Assembly: GCF_020745735.1 (NCBI RefSeq)
Contig: NC_083402.1
Location: 7,502,001-7,566,000, forward strand
Length of the DNA stretch: 64,000 bases
Source: Hemiscyllium ocellatum
Taxonomy: Eukaryota
Direction of reading: 5' to 3'
A model generated the notes under the pieces. That model made no database searches, had not been told where the DNA came from, and saw nothing but the letters and a program-made list of their open reading frames with translations. Shown here piece after piece: positions 24,690 through 37,679 of this stretch. The number at the start of each line of letters is the position of its first letter. Within the stretch, counting starts at the first letter, position 1. The translations under genes were made by a program, and so were the position numbers.

Positions 24690-25865
24690 CAGACTTCAGT
24701 CAAGCCTTTGACAAGATCCCTCACTGCAGACTGGTAAAAATGTGAAGTCACATGGTATCGGGGTGAGCTGGCAATGTGGACACCGAACTGACTTAGTCAT
24801 AGGAGACAGAGGGTAACAATGGAATGGAGGGTTGTAACAAGTGATGTTCCACAGGGATCAGTGCTGGGACGTCTGCTGTTCATGGCCTATCCAATGATTT
24901 GGAGGAAAATGTGTCTGATCTAATTTGTAATTTTGCAGGCGATGTAAAGATTGGTGGAATTAAGGATAATGAGAAGGATTATCAGAAGATTCAGCAGGAT
25001 ACAGATCAGTTCGATAGCAGATGGAGTTTAATCCAGACAAATGTGACTGATGTATTTTGGAATGTCAAGTGCAGGTGGAAATTAAACACTGAATGGCAGA
25101 ACCCTGAGGAGGATTAATATGCAGAGGGATCTGGGTGTGCAGGTCTACAGCTCACTGGAGGTGACAACGCAGACAGATAAGGGAGTGAAAAAGGCCCACA
25201 GCATCATTGCCTTCATTGGAAGGAGCATTGAGTATAACGACAGACAAAGTTATGCTGCAGCTTTAAAGAACTTTAATTCGGCCACACTTGGAATATTAGG
25301 TGCAGTTTTAGTCACCACACTACCAGAAGGATATGGATGCTTTGGAGAGAGTACAGAAATGGTTTACCAGGATATTGTCTTGAATGGGGGATTTTAGCTG
25401 TGAAGAACGGGTGGATAGACTGGTTTTTTTTTCACTGGAACACAGGAGGTTGAGGGGTGACCTCATCGAAGTTTATAAGATTGTGAATGGCAGGGATAAA
25501 GTGGAATATATGAGGCTTTTTCCCCCTAGTAGAGGGGTCAATTACTAGAGGACATGGGTTTAAGATATGGGGCTGGGGTTTGGAGAGGGTTGGGGGGAGG
25601 GTGGTGCTGGTGGTATTAAGAGATGTACAAGGCAGGTTTCTCACACAAAGGGTGGGTGAGTGGCTGGAACGCACTGCCAGTGGAGGTGGTGGAAGCAGAC
25701 ACTATAGCAGCATTCCAGAAGCACCTGGATGAATACATGAATAGGAAAGGATGCTGATCCTGTAAGTGAAGACAATTTTAGTATGGAAAGTCAAAATGTG
25801 TCAGCGCTGGTTTGGGGGATGGAAGGGCATGTTCCTGTGCTGTATTGTTATTTGTTCTTCTAATT
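24690..25865 (+). mobile_element. CR1 RT plus 3' end
   Basis: VPQGSVLG, FAGDVKIGG, RDLGVQV remnants; CR1 tail. Confidence 0.85.
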
Positions 25866-26079
25866 ATGACACTGGCATCTACCCAACAATACCCAGGTAT
25901 ACCCTGTCCACAAAAAGCAAGGTGGGTCTGACCAGACCAATTAAACTGATTGAAGGTGTCAGTGACTGCCTTTAACATCAAGGCTGTATTTGAGCGAGTG
26001 TAGCATCAAGGAACCTGAGCCAGTGGGAAGCCGAGGGGAGAAACCTCCATGGGTTTCAGTCAGACCTGGCACAGAGGAA

Positions 26080-26390
26080 GATGGTTCATAGAATCCTTTC
26101 ATTGTGGAAGCAGGCCATTTGGCCCTACAAGTCCACACCAACCGTCTGAAGAGAGTGATCCACCCAGGCCCATTCCCAATCCGAACCTATTACTCTACAT
26201 TTACCCTGAACTGATACACCTAACCTGTATATCCATGAACACTATGAGCAATTTAGCATGGCTAACTCACCTGACCTGTACATCTTTGGATTGTAAGAGA
26301 AAACCAGAGTACCCAGAGGAAACCCACACAGACACATGGAGAATGTGTAAACTCCACACAGACTGTTACCTCAGACTGGAATCAAACCCA
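26080..26390 (-). mobile_element. HE1/V-SINE-like SINE
   Basis: Reverse complement of the 61628-61956 SINE body. Confidence 0.8.
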
Positions 26391-26408
26391 GATTGTTGTG
26401 GTTGTTGG

Positions 26409-28527
26409 AGGAGAAAGTGGGGACTGCAGATGCTGGAGATCAGAGCTGAAAATGTGTTGCTGGAAAAGCGTAGCAGGTCAGGCAGCATCCAAGGAGCAGG
26501 AGAATCGATGTTTCGGGCATGAGCCCTTCTTCAGGAATGAGGAAAGTGTGTCCAGCAGGCTAAGATAAAAGGTAGGGAGGAGGGACTTGGGGGAGGGGTG
26601 TTGGAAGTGCGATAGGTGGAAGGAAGTCAAGGTGAGGGTGATAGGCCGGAGTTGGGGTGAGGGCCGAGAGGTCAGGAAGAAGTTTGCAGGTTAGGAAGGC
26701 GGTGCTGAGTTCGAGGGATTTGACTGAGACAAGGTGGAGGGACGGGAAATGAGGAAATTGGAGAAATCTGCGTTCATCCCTTGTGGTTGGAGGGTTCCTA
26801 GGCGGAAGATGAGGTGCTCTTCCTCCAGCCGTCGTGTTGCTATGGTTTGGCGATGTAGGAGTCCAAGGACCTGCATGTCCTTGGTGGAGTGGGAAGAAGA
26901 GTTGAAGTTTTGAGCCACGGGGTGGTTGGGTTGGTTGGTCCGGGTGCCCCAGAGGTGTTCTCTGAAACGTTCTGCAAGTAGGCGGCCTGTCTCCCCAATA
27001 TAGAGGAGGCCACATCGGGTGCAGCAGATGCAGTAAATGATGTGTGTGGAGGTGCAGGTGAATTTGTGGCAGATATGGAAGGATCCCTTGGGGCCTTGGA
27101 GAAAAGTAAGGGGGGAGGTGTGGGCGCAAGTTTTGCATTTCTTGCAGTTGCAGGGGAAGGTGCCGGGAGTGGAGGTTGGGTTGGTGGGGGGTGTGGATCT
27201 GATGAGGGAGTGGTCTTTTTGGAATGCTGATAGGGGAGGGGAGGGAAATATATCCCTAGTGGTGGGGTAAGTTTGGAAGTGGCGGAAATGACGACGGATG
27301 ATACGATGTATATGGAGGTTGGTGGGGTGGTAGGTGAGGACCAGTGGGGTTCTGTCCTGGTGGCGATTGGAGGGGCAGGGCTCAAGGGCAGAGGAGCGGG
27401 AAGTGGAGGAGATGCAGAGGAGGGCATCGTCGATTATGTCTGGGGGAAATTGCGGACTTTGAAGAAGGAGACTATCTAGCTTGTACGGTATTGGAACTGG
27501 TCCTCCTGGGAGCAGATGCGGCGGAGACAAAGAAATTGGGAGTATGGGATGGCGTTTTTACAGGGGGCAGAGTGGGAGGAGGTGTAGGCTAGGTAGCTGT
27601 GGGAATCGGTCAGTTATTAGCAAATATCCGTGTTCATTCGGTCGCCCGAGATAGAAATGGAAAGGTCTAGGAAGGGGAGGGAGGAGTCTGAGATGGTCCA
27701 GATAAATTTGAGGTCGGGCTGGAAGGTGTTAGTAAAGTCCATGAACTGTTCAACCTCCTCATGGGAGCACGAGGCAGCACCGATACAGTCATCGATGTAA
27801 TGGAGGAAAAGGTGGGGGTGATGCCAGTGCAGCTGCAGAAGATGGACTGTTCCACATATCCTACGAAGAGGCAGGCATAGCTGGGGCCCATGCGGGTGCC
27901 CATGGCTACTCCTTTGGTTTGGAGGAAGTGGGAGGATTGGAACGATACGTTGTTCAGGGTGAGGACCAGTTCAGTCAGTCAAAGGAGGGTGTCAGTGGAA
28001 GGGTACTGGTTGGTATGGAGGGAAACGAAGAAGCAGAGGGCTTTGAGTCCTTCGCGATGGAGGATGGAGGTGTACAGGGACTGGATGTCCATTGTGAAGA
28101 TAAGGCGTTGGGGACCGGGGAAGTAAAAATCATGGAGGAGGTGGAGGGCGTGGGTGGTGTTCCAAACATAGGTGGGGAGATCTTGGACTAAGGGGGACAG
28201 GATCATGTCGAGGTAAGGAGAGATGAGTTCTGTGTAAGCAGGAGCAGGCTCAGACAATGGGTCGGCCGGGGCAATCAGGTTTGTGGATTTTGGGCAGGAG
28301 GAAGAAACGGGCGGTGTGGGGTTGTGGGATTATGCGGTTGGAGGTGGTGGATGGGCGATCCTCTGAGGTGATGAGGTTGTGGATGGTCGGGGAAATGATA
28401 GTTTGGTGGTGGGAAGTTTTTTCTGTGGGGCAGGAGCAGGCTGAGACAATGGGTCGGCCAGAGCAGTCAGGTTTGTGGATTTTGGACAGGAGGTAGAAAC
28501 GGGCGGTGTGGGGTTGTGGGACTATGA
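26409..28527 (-). mobile_element. Penelope-like element A (5'-truncated RT + GIY-YIG + pLTR/hammerhead)
   Basis: ORF 26691-27530 has CxxC..IIYCICC..YIGETG..RFREH..HF GIY-YIG/CCHH motifs; RT upstream; hammerhead at 26503-26538; 13-bp TSD ttgtggttgttgg at 26396-26408 and 28528-28540. Confidence 0.92.
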
Positions 28528-28929
28528 TTGTGGTTGTTGGTCAGTCATCTCTGCTCCAGAACATCCCTGCAGGAGTTCCTCAGGGTAGTGTTCTTGGCCT
28601 AACCATCTCCTGCTGTATCATCAATGACTTTCCCTCCACTATATACATGAGAACATCACCACCTACAAGCTTCACTCCAATACACTCACCATCTTGATTT
28701 GGGAATATTTCATCATTACTTCAGTGTGACTGGGACAAACCCCTTGGAATCCTTAACCAACCTTATCGGGAATGTCCCTGCAGCTGAGGGGATGCAGCAG
28801 ATCAAGAAGGCAGCTTACCATTCCCTTCTCCAGGGCAATTAGGGATGGCCAATATAGGCTGACCGAGCATGTGACACCCACGTCCCCTTGAACAATGAAA
28901 AGATAACTATACTTCCCAGTCAGGATGGT

Positions 28930-29240
28930 CTGTATCTGATGCCATTTTTTACACTGAGGTCATAGAGGTCACTACTTTGGAAGGTGCTGGTGGAGGAAGT
29001 GTTGCTGCCTTGCTGCAGTGTATTTTATTGTTATTTTTATTGTTACAATACTGTTGGGGTGGGGGAGTTCCAGGATTTTGACCCAGTGACAGTGACAGGG
29101 CAGCAATATATTTTCCTGCACTCTTCCAGACAAGTGGGGAGTATTCCATCACACTTCGAACTGGTCAATATGCTTTGGAGTCAGGAGGTGTGTTAATTTA
29201 CAGGATCTCCAGCCTGTGACCTACTCTTGAAACCACAATT
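28930..29240 (-). mobile_element. L2-like LINE RT C-terminal fragment
   Basis: MMEYSPLVW motif, as in 44629-44811. Confidence 0.65.
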
Positions 29241-30009
29241 CCATTTACACTCCTGGGTTCACTCCTTGTCCACAACAGAGTGAGTCATTCAGGGGGCAGT
29301 TAAGAGTCAACCTCATTACAGTGGGTATGGGGCCGCATGTAGGTCAGACCAATAAGGATACAGATTTCCCTCCCTAAAGGACATGAGTGAACCAGGTTTT
29401 TTTTTGTCAGAGGTGTCTACATGGTCTTTATTAAACTGGCTTTTCAGTCTAGATTCCTTTCAAATTCAAATTTCACAATCTGCCATGGATTGGAAAGTAT
29501 TCCCCAGGACATTAGCCTCTGCAGAGTCCTTCTCCCCCCATCCATCTATTTTCTGCTCAGCCAATAGAAAGTGAAGATAGAAACAGTGAGGTTTTCAGCC
29601 AATGTGAGCTGAGGATTCCCTCACTCTGAGATGTGCTCATCCAATGAGGGCTCGGAATTTATGGATCTCTTTTTCTCACCCAATGCCGATAGAGCAGGAC
29701 TGTCATTGGGAAGGGGGTCTTGGAGCTTGAATCTTTGATGATGTTGTGTCTGTTCCCTGCCCCCAAAAAACTGAAGCCGGTCTGACCACAGCAAATGAGT
29801 GACTGTGGGAGGTTTCAGAGTCGGAAATGGATTGGTCTGTAAATCCCAGCCAGGTCTCTCCCTCTCTCTCTCTCCTTCTCACTGCCTCCTGCCTGAGACC
29901 AAATGGAAGAGCCCAGGAGAAGGAGCCAACCCGAGAGCTCCCAGACCTGGTGGAGCCTGTCCCCATTGAGCTGTCAGGGCAGTGACACCATCAGAACATT
30001 GTTCCTCAC

Positions 30010-30396
30010 CTTCCACTTCCAGGCGTGTTCCATACCATGTTTGAAAGTTGCCGATATTGAGCTCCACACGACACCGATAGAAACCAACATCCTCCCGGCT
30101 CAGTCCCTCCATCATTACTGAGGCATCTTTGTTGGTGAGACTCCCCACGAATCTGAATCGATTCCCACCGTCCCGCTGTCTCACATTCTCACACAGCTCA
30201 CCCTGGGAATGGTCTGGACCAGAATATGTACACTTAAAGATAAAAGACCGTGATTCCTCCTTGCACCATAAGATAGAGCCGGTGAGTGTGAGGTGAGTGT
30301 CAGGGTGGGTGAAGCTGCAGGGTAAGACAGCGGAGCCTCCTTCCTCAGCCCTCACTTCATCTGCGATTGTCATTGACCAACCATTAGCAGAATCCG
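30010..30396 (-). CDS. Siglec-15-like V-set exon V-A (unit 1), intact
   Basis: (CT)n-cacag|387 nt|gtgagg; phase 1-1; WSM..EVRAEEGGSAVLPCSFTHP, FKC..ELC, RFRFVG, D.S, YRCRVEL, GTRLEV parallels human SIGLEC15 V-set as recalled; Arg codon at 30068-30070; orthology not established. Confidence 0.9.
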
Positions 30397-31214
30397 CTGT
30401 GAGGGGAGAGAGAGAGAGAGGATATGAACACAGCACAGACACCAAACAGTGAGGTAAAACACTGAATCTGTTGTATGATGAGAAAATATATAACATTGTT
30501 CAGTTGTGGTTTATAAACTAACCTGGGACAGTGTGGAATGAGCTACAGGCTGGAGCACAACAGAAGGTTTCAGGGGGTTTGTGTTCGACTGTGGGTGTTT
30601 GTTGCTGTTGGTTGATGAGAGTTTTTGGTGCCTGAGAGTTTCCAGGAGTCCCAGAGTGATCTGAAGAGCAGGACTCAGGGCCCACCCTGCAGAACCTTTT
30701 CTATTTCCCATCACCTTCTACTCTATTACCGAGCCAGCCTTCAGCAACCTGGCTCATTCATCAGGCGTAGCAGAGGGATGGGGTACACAGTGAAAGTATT
30801 GCAGAGGGTGAAGGCGATACACAGAGACATGAAGAAGGAGAACTGAAGTAAAAAAATAAATCAGTCATAATCCCAGAGAACTGCTGTCTCATTAGAGAGA
30901 GGTGACTGATGGTGATTTAACCTGAGGGCCACTCTGCCTCAGACAGGGACACGGTTGAGAAGCTGAGACCTTCATGGTCCCCACAGGCAGGATGGGAATT
31001 AAACCCACATTGTTGGCATTACTCGCAAACCAACTGTCCAGCCAGTTGAGCTAACTGATCCAACAAGACGATGCAAGGAAATCCAGAAGGCAGTGTGAAT
31101 ATCATCAAGGGAGGGCATAAGGGAGTGTGGCATGGCTGGATGGCATTTACTTGTGAGTAAGGCAGATGAGCTGAGGGTGTAGATTAACACATTGGTATGT
31201 GATTTAGTTCAACA

Positions 31215-31935
31215 GATAAAAACAGATGCTGGAAACCAGAGTCGAGATTAGAGTGGTGCTGGAAAAGCACAGCAGGTCAGGCAGCATCCAAGGAGCAGGA
31301 AAATCAATGTTTCGAGCAAAAGCCCTTCATCAGGAGTGGGGAGACAAATGAGAGGGGGGTGGGGGTGGTGATAAGCTAGCATAGAGTACAATAAGTGAAT
31401 GGGGGTGGGGATGGAGATGCTAGGTCAGAGAGGAGGGTGGGGGAAGGTAGCAAAGAGTACAATGGGTGAATGGGGGGGTGGAGAAGAAGGTGATTGGTCA
31501 GAGAGGAGGGTGGAGTGGATAGGTGGAAAGGAAGATTAGCAGATAGGACAATTCATGAGGGCAGTGCTGAGCTGGAAGGTTGGAGTTGGGGTGAGGTGGG
31601 TGAAGGAGAAATGAGGAAACTGGTGAAGTCCACATTGATGTCATGGGGTTGAAGTGTTCCGAGGCAGAAGATGAGGCACTCTTCCTGTGAGGATGTGGTG
31701 GTGGAGGAGGCCCAGGACCTGCATACCCTTGGCAGAGTGGGAGGGGGAGTTGAAATGTTGGACCACAGTGCGATGGGGTTGATTGGTGCGGGTGTCCTGG
31801 AGATGTTCCCTAAAGCTCTCTGCTAGGAGGCGTCCAGTCTCCCCAATGTAGAGGAGACCGCATTGGGAGCAACGGATTCAATAAATGATATTGGTGGATG
31901 TGCAGGTAATACTTTGATGGATGTGGAAGCCTCTT
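31215..31935 (-). mobile_element. Penelope-like element B, 3' portion
   Basis: pLTR with hammerhead at 31302-31336, G-rich 3' UTR, degenerate GIY-YIG (LYIGET remnant near 31850). Confidence 0.8.
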
Positions 31936-31957
31936 TAGGGTGGGACAAGATTGACAG

Positions 31958-34604
31958 TAGAGCTGAAAATGTGTTGCTGGAAAACGCAGCAGATCAGGCA
32001 GCATCCAAGGAGCAGGAGAGTCGACATTTCGGGCATGAGCCCTTCTTCAGGAATGAGGAGAGTGTGCCAAGCAGGCTAAGATAAAAGGTAGGAGGGAGGG
32101 ACTTGGGGGAGTAGCGTTGGAAGTGCAATAGGTGGAAGGAGGTCCAGGTGAGGGTGATAGGTCGGAGTGGGGGTGGGGGCGGAGAGGTCGGGAAGAAGAT
32201 TGCAGGTTAGGAATGTGGTGCTGAGTTTGTGTGTTGGGACTGAGACATGGTGGGGGGAGGGGAAATGCGGATACTGGAGAAATCTGAGTTTATCCCTTGT
32301 GGTTGGAAGGTTCCTAGGCGGAAGATGAGGCGCTCTTCCTCCAGCCATCGTGTTGCTATGGTCTGGCGATGGAGGAGTCCAAGTTCCTTGGTGGAGTGAG
32401 ACGGGGGAGTTGAAGTGTTGAGCCACAGGTTGGTTTGGTTGGTTGGTCCGGATTTCTCAGAGGTTTTCTCTGAAACATTCCGCAAGTAGGTGGCCTGTCT
32501 CCCCAATATAGAGGAGGCCACATCGGGTGCAGCGGATGCAGTAAATGATGTGTGTGGAGGTGCAGGTGAATTAGTGACAGATATGGAAGGATCCCTTGAG
32601 GCCTTGGAGAGAAGTAAGGGGGGAGGTGTGCATGCAAGTTTTGCATTTCTTGCGGTTGCAGGGGAAGGTACCGGGAGTGGAGGTTGGGTTAGTGGGGATT
32701 TTGGACCTGACGAGGGAGTCACGGAGGGAGTGGTCTTTTCGGAACGCTGATAGGGAAGGGGAGGGAAATATATCCCTGGTGGCGGAAATGACGATAGATG
32801 ATATGATATATGTGGAGGTTGTTGGGGTGGTAGGTGAGGACCAGTAGGGTTCTGTCCTGGTGGCGATTGGAGGGGCGGGGCTCAAGGGTGGAGGAGCAGG
32901 AAGTGGAGGAGATGCGGTGGAGGGAATCGTCCATCACATCTGGGGGGAAATTGCGGTCTTTGAAGAAGGAGGCCATCTGAGTTGTTCGGTATTGGAACGG
33001 TCCTCCTGGGAGCAGATGCGGTGGAGACAAAGGAATTGGGAGTGTGGGATGGCGTTTTTACAGGGGGCAGAGTGGGAGGAGGTGTAGTCTAGGTAGCTGT
33101 GGGAATCGGTCGGTTTATAATAAATGTCCGTGTTGATTCGGTCGTCCGAGATAGAAATGGAGAGGTCTAGGAAGGGAGGGAGGAGTCTGAGATGGTCCAG
33201 ATAAATTTGAGGTCGGGGTGGAAGGTGTTGGTAAAGTGGATGAACTGTTCAACCTCCTCATGGGAGCACGAGGCAGCACCGATACAGTCATCGATGTAGC
33301 GGAGGAAAAGGTGGGTTGTGGTGCCAGTGTAGCTGCAGAAGATGGACTGTTCCACATATCCTACGAAGAGGCAGGCATAGCTGGGGCCCATGCGGGTGCC
33401 CATGGCTACTCCTTTGGTTTGGAGAAAGTGGGAAGATTGGAAAGAGAAGTTGTTCAGAGTGAGGACCAGTTCAGTCAGTTGAAGGAGGGTGTCAGTGGAA
33501 GGGTACTGGTGGGTACAGCGGGAAAGGAAGAAGCGGAGGGCTTTGAGTCCTTCGTGATGGGGGTTGGAGGTGTACAGGGACTGTCTGTCGTTGGTGAAGA
33601 TAAGAAGGGGACCGGGTAAGAGAAAATCATGGAGGAGGTGAAGGGCGTGGGTGGTGTCCCGAATGTAGGTGGGGAGTTCTTGGACGAAGAGGGACAGGAC
33701 CGTGTCAAGGTATTGGGAGATGAGTTCGGTGGGGCAGGAGCAGGCTGAGACAATGGGTCGGCCGGGGCAGTCAGATTTGTGGATTTTGGGCAGGAGGTAG
33801 AAACGGACGGTGCAGGGTTGTGGGACTATGAAGTTGGAGGTGGTGGATGGGAGATCCCCTGAGGTGATGGAGTTATGGATGGTCTGGGAGATGATGGTTT
33901 GGTGGTGGGAGGTGGGGTCATGGTCAAGGGGGCAGTAGGAGGAGGTATCCGCGAGCTGGCATTTAGCCTCAGCGGTGTAAAGGTCAATGCGCCAAACTAC
34001 TACTGCGCCTCCCTCGTCTGCCGGTTTGATAGTGAGGTTGGGTTGGAGGGGAGGGAGTGGAGGGCTGCACGTTCCGAGGGTGAGAGGTTGGAGTGGGTGA
34101 GAGGGGTGGAGACTTTGAAGCGATTAATGTCACGGCAGCAGTTGGCAATGAAGAGATCGAGGGCGGGTAAGAGGCCAGCACGGGGTGTCCAGGTGGATGG
34201 GGTGTGTTGGAAGCGGGAGAAGGGGTTGTCAGAGGGTGGGCGAGAATCCTGTTTGAAGAAGTAGGCACGGAGGCGAAGGCGGTGGAAGAATTGTTCAATA
34301 TCTCGCTGCGTGTTGAACTCGTTAATCCGAGAGCGTAGGGGAATGAAGGTGAGGCCTCTGCCGAGGACCGATCGTTCATCCTCAGAGAGGGGGAGGTCTG
34401 GAGGGATGGTGAACACACAGCAGGGCTGGGAGCGAGGAGCTGGAGTGGGGCTGGAGTAGGGAGTTCGGGCGGGGTTAGGCGTGGGGGCGGGAATCGGGGC
34501 GGAGACGGAGATCAGGGCAGGGGTGGGGTTCGGCGTGGGGGCGGGGTTAGGCTTGCGAACGGGGATCGGTGTGGGGGCATCTGCAGTCCTGACTTTCTCC
34601 TACT
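31958..34604 (-). mobile_element. Near-full-length Penelope-like element C (frameshifted)
   Basis: N-terminal LGRGLTFIP domain (34000-34416), RT (33115-33753), GIY-YIG (32207-32885), hammerhead at 32019-32054; 10-bp TSD agattgacag at 31948-31957 and 34605-34614 within a CR1 endonuclease remnant. Confidence 0.92.
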
Positions 34605-34849
34605 AGATTGACAGCACAATGTCCCGGGTAGAGAACCATCAGATGAGACATGTGGGGGAAGGGGAATGTAAAAGAGGAGGGGGTATTGCAACACTGATCA
34701 AGGAGTCAATTGCTGTAATAAGATGGATGATATCTTAGAATATTCTTCAAATGAGGCCACATGGTACAATGTAAAAACAAAACCCCATCACCACCCTCTG
34801 TCTCCTACCATCACGTCAATTTTGTTTCCAATTCACATTCTTCCCTTGA

Positions 34850-35580
34850 ATCCCATGTGATCTGACTTTACTGACTGGTCTACCATGCGGAACCTTGTCA
34901 AAGGCTTTGCAAAATGACCAAGTCAATAACATCTCCCATCTTGTCCTCATCAATCTTTCTGGTTACATCATCAAAAAAATTAAATCAAGTTTGTGAGACA
35001 TGATTTCCCCTGCACACAGCAGTGCTGACTATCCCTTATCCCTGGTGTTGGGTGAAGTTTTTAAACTTTGTCCACCCCAGTCCAACACCGGCACCTCCAC
35101 ATTATATTCCTTAACAGTCCTCTCTTCTTCACATGCCTGTAAATCCTATTTCCCAGGCATCTCCTTGCAGCCTTTCTACAATAAAGGCATAATGTTAGAC
35201 AACCTCCAGTCCTCCAGCACCTTACCTTTGGATGCAGATGATGCAAATATCTCTACTAGAGGCCCCATAATTTCTTCCCTAACGTCCCATGATGCCCTGG
35301 GATACACATGACCATGTCCTGATGATTTATTCACCTTTACGTTTTCAGGAACTCCAGCATTTCCTCTTCTGAAATGTAGGCAGCTTTCAAGTCATCAATA
35401 ATTATTTTCCCAAGTTCCCTCGCCTTCATTTCTTTCTCCACAATAAACACAAATGTAAAGTGTTCATTTAGTAACCCTCCCATCTCCTGTGGTTCCAAAC
35501 AGTGATGACTTCATTGATCTTTAAGGGGCACTGTTCTTTCCCCAGTTGCTCTTTGGATTATCTGTATTGAACAGTTTCTG
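34850..35580 (-). mobile_element. CR1 ORF2 fragment
   Basis: Reverse-strand FDKVPH-type RT and linker sequence; pLTR family-2 piece at 35040-35105. Confidence 0.7.
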
Positions 35581-35639
35581 CCATGGCTATCTCATATGCA
35601 CTTTCCTCCCTCCTGATATCCCTCTTTAGAATGCACCTA

Positions 35640-36520
35640 CACTCCGCAATAACTCCACAGAGACCAGTATCCCCTCACCAAGTCGCCCCTTATTTACACA
35701 GGGAGAGTCCTGACCCTGATACAGCTCCCTCGCAGCAAGCTCTCAGAGTGAGCAGAATCTCTGACATTCCTGTTCTTAAATTAACAGCCCCAGTCAGGGA
35801 ACTCATATCCTATGAGGTCCACCCGGCTGACATCTTCATTTTGGAAACCCCTGGATGACCTTGACTCGGGGCAGACACTCTTGCTCCACATGATAATCTA
35901 CCATCCTCTCCTGTGGTTAAGAAAGGTTTCACTTCTGGTTGTGATGACCCTTTGGTTTCCCCCAGCACACCAGCTATTTCAGGTTGGCCAAGTTTGGATC
36001 TGTCTCCATCCAAAGTCTGATATTGTCGGCTGTGACTGGAAGTGTGTCCAGAAAATTTAAAACCATTACAGAAATTTCCAGTGGTGGTACCATCGGTGGT
36101 GTATCTGCCAGTTGGAGGTGGCTCAATGTATCCACATTTGTTACTTGGGCTCCCGGACAGTGTCCAAATTGTAATTAAACCCACTTCATATTCAAGCTCT
36201 TTGCTGAATCCGGCCTGAAGGTATGGGCAGCACTGCCTTATCCTCTTTAGGAAGACGTAACAGAGGTTTGTAGTCTGTGATTATTAGAAATTTGCTTTCA
36301 TGTAGGTATTAACAGAATGTGCTGACTCCAAAAATCAACACCAGGATGGACGTCAGGTTATGTATGAACTTCCTGTAATAGATCACCAGCCCCCGGAATG
36401 ACCCAAGCTGTGGTACTGATGTGGGAATTAGGGTCACCTCTGCCTGCCCTCACCCAATGGGTGTTACCCAGTCTTATTGACTCTGTCGTTTAAGTAGGAT
36501 ACTCAGGGTGCCTGGATTCT
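35640..36520 (-). mobile_element. Gypsy LTR retrotransposon remnant (LTR + RT/RNase H)
   Basis: Minus strand encodes LVIYYRKFIHNL and KFLIITDYKPLL..RIQ remnants; LTR at 35640-35830 similar to 37680-37840 and 63690-63930. Confidence 0.7.
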
Positions 36521-36989
36521 ACATTTACCCCTCACTCATTCACCTAACCTGCACATCTTTTGGATTGTGGGAGGAAACTGGAGCACTCAGAGGAAACCAA
36601 CGCAGACACAGGGAGAATGTGCAAACATTGCATAGACAGTCACCCAAGGCTGGAATTGAATGCAGGCCCCTGGTGCAGTGAGGCAGCAGTGCGAAACACT
36701 GAGCCAAAGTGTCGCTCTAAACCTTTCTGATTCATGTCCCTATACAAATTTCTTATAAATGTTGTAACTGTACCTACATCTAGCATTTTATTTCTGGCAG
36801 TCCATTTCACATACAAACCCCCCCTCTGTGTGAATACTTGCCCATCATGTCCCTCTTCATTCTTTCTCCACTCACCTTAAAAATATGCCCCTTGCTTTGA
36901 ACTCCCCCCACCCTGAGACAAAGACCTTTGTTATTCACTGTCTGTGTTCTCCTCACGATGTTATTAACCTCGGGGATGATCACCTTGAT

Positions 36990-37620
36990 GGGATTGCTCT
37001 ATCTGCCCTCAATAGACAGATGGAAATTGAGGAACAAAAATGTCGAGATCTCAGCTCTATGTAAGAATAATAGGGTTGTAATAAAAGGCAATTTTAACTT
37101 TCCAGATAGAGACTGGGACTGCCATAGTGTTCAGTGCTTGGACAAGTGAGGAAATTGTTAAATGTGTTCAAGAAACTTTTCTGTCTCAATCTGTAGCTGT
37201 CCCTGTCAGAGAGGAAGAAAATTTGACATTCTCTTGGAAAGTAAGGCAAGCGACTGAAACGTTTGGGAGCAGTGATCATCATTCTGTTAGTTTTAGATTA
37301 GTTATGAAAATGTATGGGCATTGTAAAGTAGAATATAATTAGAGTCAGGCAAATCTTGATGGCATGGGACAGGAACTTTCAAACTTGATTGGAGTAAACT
37401 GTTCACAGGTAAAGGGACGACTGGCAATTGGAGTTTGCAAAACTGAGATAATGAGAGTTCAGAGACATGATGTTCCTGTTACAGTGAAGAGTAAGGCTGG
37501 TCGGCTGGGATAATGGATGAACAAAGATATTGAGGCTATGCTCAAGAATAATAAGGAATCTTTTATGAGGTATAAACAACTGGGATCAAGCGAATCTCTT
37601 GAAAATTATCAGGAGTGTTT
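36990..37620 (+). mobile_element. CR1 endonuclease fragment
   Basis: VVIKGNFNFP, FGSSDHHSVSF motifs. Confidence 0.8.
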
Positions 37621-37679
37621 AGTGGCTGTAACAAGATCAACCAGGTGGTCCTCACAGAATTTGAGTTCCCTAACTGATG

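Noticed and set aside
29970-30009. 39-nt mini-intron after V-A (gtgagg..ctgacag)
   Set aside because: Too short for a typical vertebrate intron; splicing it gives only a short stop-terminated peptide
22316-30396. V exons as rearranging Ig/TCR V segments
   Set aside because: Each encodes its own G strand and ends in a splice donor; no heptamer/nonamer RSS seen
34440-34580. GGGTTAG telomere-like words at the 5' end of PLE C
   Set aside because: Only two isolated words in a GC-rich degenerate repeat; the element is GIY-YIG-positive and interstitial
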